Source: an uncultured Candidatus Rokubacteria bacterium
GTDB lineage: Bacteria; Methylomirabilota; Methylomirabilia; Rokubacteriales; DASRDR01
Length of the DNA stretch: 64,000 nt
Direction: 5' to 3'
NCBI GenBank assembly: GCA_963805625.1
Contig: CAWDVE010000017.1
Coordinates: 352,001 to 416,000 of the forward strand
Of the stretch, positions 59,081 to 64,000 are shown piece by piece; within the stretch, counting starts at the first letter, position 1; the number at the start of each line of letters is the position of its first letter. The translations under genes and the position numbers were made by a program. Below the pieces are notes generated by a model. It was not told the origin of the DNA. It made no database searches and saw nothing but the letters and a program-made list of their open reading frames with translations.

Positions 59081-59207
59081 GGCCTCACTATACCGGGGGG
59101 CGTCGCGAGGTCCAACGACGGCGAGGGGTCCGGAAGCGACGGCGCGACGCGCGTTTGCGCCTCACCGACATTGACAAGCTCGGAGCGGGGCCCGTATAGT
59201 GAGGGCC
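59081..59207. promoter_or_regulatory. Divergent sigma70 promoter pair
   Basis: Plus: TTGACA(59171)-N18-TATAGT(59195); minus: TTGGAC-N17-TATAGT(59092-59087), 6 nt before ATG 59080. Confidence 0.65.
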
Positions 59208-59232
59208 GGCTCGGGCCAGGTCGAGACATCGC

Positions 59233-59862
59233 TTGCCGACCACCGACGAGATCCGACAGTTCGAGGCGCGGCTGGCCCGGGAGCCCACCTCCCAGGCCTA
59301 CGCGGCGCTCGCCGAGGCGTACCGCCGGGCCGGTCGAGCTGATGAAGCGGTGACGCTCTGCCGTGAGGGGCTCGCGCGCCACCCCGGGTACGCCACGACC
59401 CGGCTCGTGCTCGCCAAGTCGCTCCTCGAGAGCGGGGATGTCCGGACGGCCCGGGCGGAGATCCAGCACTTCCTGGGGGGCGAGCCAGACCACGAGCCGG
59501 CGCTCAGGATCGCGGTGGAATGCGCCCTCAGGGGAGGCGATCCCGCGGAGGCCCTGGGATACGTCCGGCGTCTGGCCGCGCTGGATCCTCACGACCGAGG
59601 GGTGCAGGGACTGTCCCGGGCCCTCGACGTGGGAGTCACCGGGCGGGTGGCACCCGACGGGGGTGGGCTTTGGCCTCTCTTCGTCGACGACATGTACGCG
59701 ACGGTCGCGTTCGGCGACCTCTGCCTCGCGCAGGGGCTCACGGACGAGGCCACGGCGGTGTTCAGCCGGATCGTCGTCCGGCAGCCCGATCATGAGACGG
59801 CCCGCGCGCGCCTCGGCGACCTTGGACGGCCGAAAGGCGCGGCGCGGCGGCCACGAGGATAG
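59233..59862 (+). CDS. TPR-repeat protein
   Basis: YAALAEAYRRAG..DEAV..CREGL..HP.Y and T..FGDL..AQG...EA helical repeats; TTG start. Confidence 0.8.
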   Translation: MPTTDEIRQFEARLAREPTSQAYAALAEAYRRAGRADEAVTLCREGLARHPGYATTRLVLAKSLLESGDVRTARAEIQHFLGGEPDHEPALRIAVECALRGGDPAEALGYVRRLAALDPHDRGVQGLSRALDVGVTGRVAPDGGGLWPLFVDDMYATVAFGDLCLAQGLTDEATAVFSRIVVRQPDHETARARLGDLGRPKGAARRPRG

Positions 59863-59865
59863 GCA

Positions 59866-60423
59866 ATGCAGGTGTCGACCGCGGAGTTCCGGAAGGGTCT
59901 GAAGATCGAGCTGGACGGGCAGCCGTACAACATCGTCGAGTTCCAGCACGTCAAGCCCGGCAAGGGTGGAGCGTTCGTGCGCACCAAGCTGAAGCACCTC
60001 CGGCTTGGGAGAGTGGTGGATCGCACCTTCCGGGCGGGGGAGAAGGTCGGCCTGGTCGACTACGAGCAGCGCTCGATGCAGTACCTCTACAAGGACGACC
60101 AGTTCCACTTCATGAACCTCCAGACCTTCGAGCAGATCGCGCTCGACGCCGATGTGGTTGCCGAGGCCGCGAACTGGCTAAAGGAGACGATGGAGGTCGA
60201 CGTCCTCATCATCAACGGCGTGCCCGCCGGCGTCGAGGTGCCGAACTTCGTCGAGCTCCAGGTCGTGAAGACGGACCCGGGTCTCCGGGGTGACACGGCG
60301 TCGGGCGGCTCCAAGCCCGCCACCCTCGAGACGGGCGCGGTGGTCCAGGTCCCGCTCTTCATCAACGAGGGGGAAGTCCTTCGGATCGACACCCGCACCG
60401 GGGCCTACATCGAGCGGGCCTGA
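59866..60423 (+). CDS. efp: Elongation factor P
   Basis: [44 protein letters not shown]....IDTR.G.Y. Confidence 0.98.
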   Translation: MQVSTAEFRKGLKIELDGQPYNIVEFQHVKPGKGGAFVRTKLKHLRLGRVVDRTFRAGEKVGLVDYEQRSMQYLYKDDQFHFMNLQTFEQIALDADVVAEAANWLKETMEVDVLIINGVPAGVEVPNFVELQVVKTDPGLRGDTASGGSKPATLETGAVVQVPLFINEGEVLRIDTRTGAYIERA

Positions 60424-60430
60424 GGGAGCC

Positions 60431-60889
60431 GTGAACCAGCGAGAGATCCGGCGGCTTGCCGACCTCCTCCGTGACTACGGCCTCACCGAGGTCGAGGTGG
60501 AGCGCGAGGGCGTTCGCGTGCGGCTGCGCCGGGAACCCGCGGCGCTCGCCGCGCCTTCGGCCGGATCCGCCGTCGCCGCGCCTGCCGCGTCCGTCGCGCC
60601 CGCCGCGGTGTCTCCGGCGGTCTCCGCCGAGCCGGCCGCGAGCGAGGCCCATCTCCTCACGATCGAGGCGCCCATGGTCGGCACCTTCTACCGGGCGCCG
60701 TCCCCGGACGCGCAGCCGTTCGTCCGGGATGGGGACCGCGTGAAGAAGGGGCAGGTCGTCTGCATCATCGAGGCGATGAAGCTCATGAACGAGATCGAGT
60801 CCAAGGTCGCCGGGCGCGTGGTCAAGGTGCTCGTCGAGAACACGCAACCGGTCGAGTACGGTCAGCCGCTGTTCCTCCTGGAGCCCTAG
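60431..60889 (+). CDS. accB: Acetyl-CoA carboxylase biotin carboxyl carrier protein
   Basis: Ala/Pro linker, [33 protein letters not shown]. Confidence 0.96.
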   Translation: MNQREIRRLADLLRDYGLTEVEVEREGVRVRLRREPAALAAPSAGSAVAAPAASVAPAAVSPAVSAEPAASEAHLLTIEAPMVGTFYRAPSPDAQPFVRDGDRVKKGQVVCIIEAMKLMNEIESKVAGRVVKVLVENTQPVEYGQPLFLLEP

Positions 60890-60915
60890 CGCAGGCCGGC
60901 CCGGCGCAGCGGCCG

Positions 60916-62460
60916 ATGTTCTGCCGATCCTGCTGGGCCAATCTCCCTGACGGCACCGAACGGTGCCCGAAGTGCCAGCACGACCCTCGAGTGGCCGCAT
61001 CGCTGCCCGAGTCCGCGCCCCCTGCGGAGCTTGCTCCCCCCGTGCCGCCCGCCGCGGCTCCGCCCGCCCGCCCGGCGCCCCCGCTGCCTCGCGGCGCGAA
61101 CCTGGCCCGGTTGAACGCGGCGCTGGCCGCGGTGCTCGTGCTCGGCGTGACCGGCCCGGTCCTGGTGCGCTGGTGGGAGACGCGGCGGGCCGCCGACCCG
61201 TCGCTCGGCGGGGACTCGGCGGCCGTCGCGCCAGCGGATGCTCTGCCGGAGCCGAGCCTGCCGACCGCCGTCGAGCCCGTGGCGGCGTCGGCTGGCGATG
61301 ACGCCCACGCCCGCGCGGCGCGGGAGGCGTACGCTCTCTACCAGCGAGGTGAGATCGCGGCGGCGTGCGAGGGGTACCGCGACCTGGCGGCCCGGAGCGG
61401 GCGCGACGACGTCCGGCGCGCGCTGGGCACCTGCTACGCGCGACTCGGCCGGGACTCCTACCAGGCCGGCCGGCCTGCCGAGGCGGTCGAGCACTACCGG
61501 CGAGCGGTGGATGCCTCACCCGACCGTGCTCACTGGGCAGGCCTGGCGATCGCTCACGGGGGCGCGGGCGAACTCGCGCGAGGTCAGGCAGTGCTCGAGC
61601 AGGGCCTGCGCGCCCTCCCGGACGACTCGGAGCTCCTCTACCTGCTGGCCGACTTCCAGGAGCGCCAGGGCCGGACACGCGAGGCCGTGGAGACCCTGAG
61701 GCGGCTCCTTGCCCGGGAGTCCGGCCATGCCCGTGGCCGGACGCTCCTCGCCCGCCTGGAGCGGGAGCAAGGGGTGGAAAGCGGCTACTGGAGCCAGGAG
61801 AGCCCGCACTTCCTCGCGCGCTACGAGGGAGGGGGTGGCATCGACGTGGGCCGGTCGGTGGTCGACAATCTCGAGCGGGCCTACGAGTCCCTCGGCCGTG
61901 ACTATGGTGTCTTCCCGAAGGAGCGGGTCCAGGTGGGCATCTACGTGACGAAGACGTTCGCGGAGCTGGGGGGCATCCCGCCAGAGTTCGCCGAGCACGT
62001 CCTCGGGTTCTACGACTTCCAGAAGCTGCGACTCCGGCTTTCGGCCTCCCAGGCGGGGTCGATCGGGCTCGAGCGCCTCGTGCGTCACGAGTACACGCAC
62101 CTCCTGATCCACCAGGCCACGAACGGCCATGCGACCCGGTGGCTTCACGAAGGCCTCGCCCAGGTCGCCGAGCCCCGCTCCGCGCCGCGGTTCGTCGAGA
62201 CGGACGTCGCCCTGGACCGCCAGCAGTACACGCTCGCCGGGCTGGAGCGTCTGTTCCGGTCGAACGCGGTCGTGGCGGCGTACCAGCTGTCCCACGTGGT
62301 CTGCGAGTTCCTGGTGGATCGGCGCGGCATGGCCGGCATCCGCGCGCTCCTCGGCCGCCTGGGCCAGGGGGACCCCCTGGACCAGGCCCTCAAGGAGGGC
62401 GTCGGGGTCAGCGTCGAGGATGTCGAGGCCCGCCTCCTGGCCGCCGGCGGCCGGAGCTGA
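60916..62460 (+). CDS. Zinc-ribbon/TM/TPR protein with peptidase MA-like metalloprotease domain
   Basis: MFCRSC..RCPKC, one TM, TPR helices, ESPHF...Y, HEYTH zinc motif, RWLHEGLAQ. Confidence 0.82.
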   Translation: MFCRSCWANLPDGTERCPKCQHDPRVAASLPESAPPAELAPPVPPAAAPPARPAPPLPRGANLARLNAALAAVLVLGVTGPVLVRWWETRRAADPSLGGDSAAVAPADALPEPSLPTAVEPVAASAGDDAHARAAREAYALYQRGEIAAACEGYRDLAARSGRDDVRRALGTCYARLGRDSYQAGRPAEAVEHYRRAVDASPDRAHWAGLAIAHGGAGELARGQAVLEQGLRALPDDSELLYLLADFQERQGRTREAVETLRRLLARESGHARGRTLLARLEREQGVESGYWSQESPHFLARYEGGGGIDVGRSVVDNLERAYESLGRDYGVFPKERVQVGIYVTKTFAELGGIPPEFAEHVLGFYDFQKLRLRLSASQAGSIGLERLVRHEYTHLLIHQATNGHATRWLHEGLAQVAEPRSAPRFVETDVALDRQQYTLAGLERLFRSNAVVAAYQLSHVVCEFLVDRRGMAGIRALLGRLGQGDPLDQALKEGVGVSVEDVEARLLAAGGRS

Positions 62461-62467
62461 CGCACTG

Positions 62468-63802
62468 ATGTTCACCAAGATCCTGATCGCCAACCGCGGG
62501 GAGATCGCGCTCCGGATCCTGCGCACGTGCCGGGAGATGGGGATCCGGTCGGTCGTGGCGCACTCGACGGCCGATGCCGGATCGCTCCCCGTCCGCCTCG
62601 CCGACGAGAGTATCTGCATCGGGCCCGAGGACAGCTCCCAGAGCTACCTGAACATCCCGCGGCTGATCGCGGCCGCCGAGGTCACCGACGCTGAGGCGAT
62701 CCACCCCGGCTACGGCTTCCTCGCCGAGAACGCGACGTTCGCCGACATCTGCCGGGCGTGCAACATCCGCTTCATCGGGCCGAGCCCGGAGGTGATCCGG
62801 CTCCTCGGGGACAAGGTCCGCGCGCGTGAGCTCGCGCGCAAGGCGGACGTGCCCCTTTTGCCCGGCAGCGACGGGGCCGTGCGCGACGAGACGGACGCGG
62901 GCGTCGTTGCCGAAACCCTCGGGTATCCGGTGCTCCTCAAGGCGTCGCTGGGAGGCGGCGGGCGCGGAATCCGGATCGTGTGGGATGCCGACAGCCTGGC
63001 GGCCGCCGTGCGGACCTGCCAGAGCGAGGCGGCCGCGGCGTTCGGGTCCTCGGAGATCTATCTCGAGAGGTACGTGGAAGGCGCCCGCCACGTCGAGGTG
63101 CAGGTCCTGGCCGACGGCCGCGGCCACACGATCCACCTGGGCGAGCGTGATTGCTCCATCCAGCGTCGCCACCAGAAGCTCCTGGAGGAGTCGCCGTGCC
63201 CGGTTCTGACTCCTGCGGTGCGCGGAGAGCTCACGGGCGCGGCGCTCCGGCTCTGCCGCGCGGCCGGCTTCGAGAGCGCGGGTACGGTGGAGTTCCTCGT
63301 CGACCGGAGCGGACGCTTCTATTTCCTCGAGGTCAACACGCGCATCCAGGTCGAACATCCCGTGACCGAGATGGTGACCGGCGTCGATCTCGTCCGCGCG
63401 CAGATTCTGATCGCGGCCGGGGAGCCGCTCGGCCTCCGGCAGGAGGACGTGCGCTTCCAGGGACACGCGATCGAGTGCCGCGTCACGGCGGAGGATCCGG
63501 TCACGTTCACGCCGAGCCCGGGCCGCATCACGGCCTACATCGCGCCCGGTGGCCCCGGCGTGCGCGTGGACAGTCACTGCTTCACGGGATACATCGTTCC
63601 CCCGCACTACGACTCGCTGGTGGCGAAAGTGATCGCCCACGGCGCGGATCGCGCGGAGGCGCTGGCCCGCATGCGGCGGGCGGTGGCGGAGTTCGTCGTG
63701 GAGGGGATCAAGACGAGCCTTCCCCTCCATGCGCGTGTCCTCGCCGACCCCCGGTTCACGGCCGGAGACTACTCGACGACCTTCCTCGAATCAGGACTCT
63801 GA
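62468..63802 (+). CDS. accC: Biotin carboxylase
   Basis: KILIANRGEIALRI, IHPGYGFLAEN, GGGGRG, ERDCSIQRRHQK, EVNTRIQVEHPVTE, YDSLVAK. Confidence 0.97.
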   Translation: MFTKILIANRGEIALRILRTCREMGIRSVVAHSTADAGSLPVRLADESICIGPEDSSQSYLNIPRLIAAAEVTDAEAIHPGYGFLAENATFADICRACNIRFIGPSPEVIRLLGDKVRARELARKADVPLLPGSDGAVRDETDAGVVAETLGYPVLLKASLGGGGRGIRIVWDADSLAAAVRTCQSEAAAAFGSSEIYLERYVEGARHVEVQVLADGRGHTIHLGERDCSIQRRHQKLLEESPCPVLTPAVRGELTGAALRLCRAAGFESAGTVEFLVDRSGRFYFLEVNTRIQVEHPVTEMVTGVDLVRAQILIAAGEPLGLRQEDVRFQGHAIECRVTAEDPVTFTPSPGRITAYIAPGGPGVRVDSHCFTGYIVPPHYDSLVAKVIAHGADRAEALARMRRAVAEFVVEGIKTSLPLHARVLADPRFTAGDYSTTFLESGL

Positions 63803-63821
63803 TCGGCCGAGCGGGCGGCCC

Positions 63822-64000
63822 ATGCCGCTTTGGACCCGGATCGCGGTGTTCATGGCCGTCCTGGCCTGCTCGACGCCGGGACGGTACCGGCCCAGGGCAC
63901 GGCCACCAGATCGCCACGCAGAGCCCGCTCTCCTCCGACCAGACTTCCCGCGGGGCAGGCATCAAGCTCGGCGCCCAGCTCGCGATCGAGCAGCTCGGGA
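63822..64000 (+). pseudogene. 5' fragment of a branched-chain amino acid ABC substrate-binding protein, apparently with two frameshifts; runs off the window
   Basis: MPLWTRIAVFMAVL / LLDAGTVPAQGT / IATQSPLS.....GAGIKLGAQLAIEQLG lie in three different frames; the last matches LivJ/LivK-type N-termini. Confidence 0.55.

Noticed and set aside
59081-59095. CTCACTATA resembles part of the T7 promoter (vector contamination)
   Set aside because: Flanks do not match TAATACGA/GGG; it is explained by a native -10 box

Overview
GC-rich (visually about 70%) bacterial chromosomal window with no tRNA, rRNA, CRISPR array or transposase that I could detect. Gene order and protein style suggest a Methylomirabilota/Rokubacteria-like or deltaproteobacterial-like diderm (inference only). 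Order: (1) ffh-rpsP-rimM-trmD-rplS-rnhB-(DUF4238-like, ankyrin)-yraN-comM; (2) an accessory, partly decayed islet at 8.1-13.1 kb (stand-alone Cys/His zinc finger, lipoprotein, broken ACC deaminase, retropepsin-like protease, SRPBCC, DinB, frameshifted GNAT, nitroreductase); (3) on the minus strand, hsp20-dnaK-dnaJ(HPD->SPD)-hspR-dksA/traR-lon and a lytic transglycosylase; (4) mazG and a macrodomain gene; (5) an about 32-kb co-directional type IVa pilus supercluster: receiver, pilB/T/C/S/R/A, a GT2 + methyltransferase + three GT-C-type membrane proteins, HEAT protein, HD-GYP, pilD, GGDEF, four minor pilins, a hybrid histidine kinase with a 236-aa alveolin/articulin-like Val/Glu/Arg/Pro repeat, and pilMNOPQ; (6) aroB, two Ig-like lipoproteins, a degenerate thermonuclease-like protein, TPR, efp-accB-(TPR/peptidase MA)-accC and the broken start of a branched-chain amino acid binding protein. 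Strongest candidates for novelty: the repeat-bearing kinase, the translationally coupled pilin-glycosylation/c-di-GMP block, and a 46-bp inverted, synonymously diverged patch that truncates a lipoprotein gene. All family calls come from motif recognition by eye; no database was searched.
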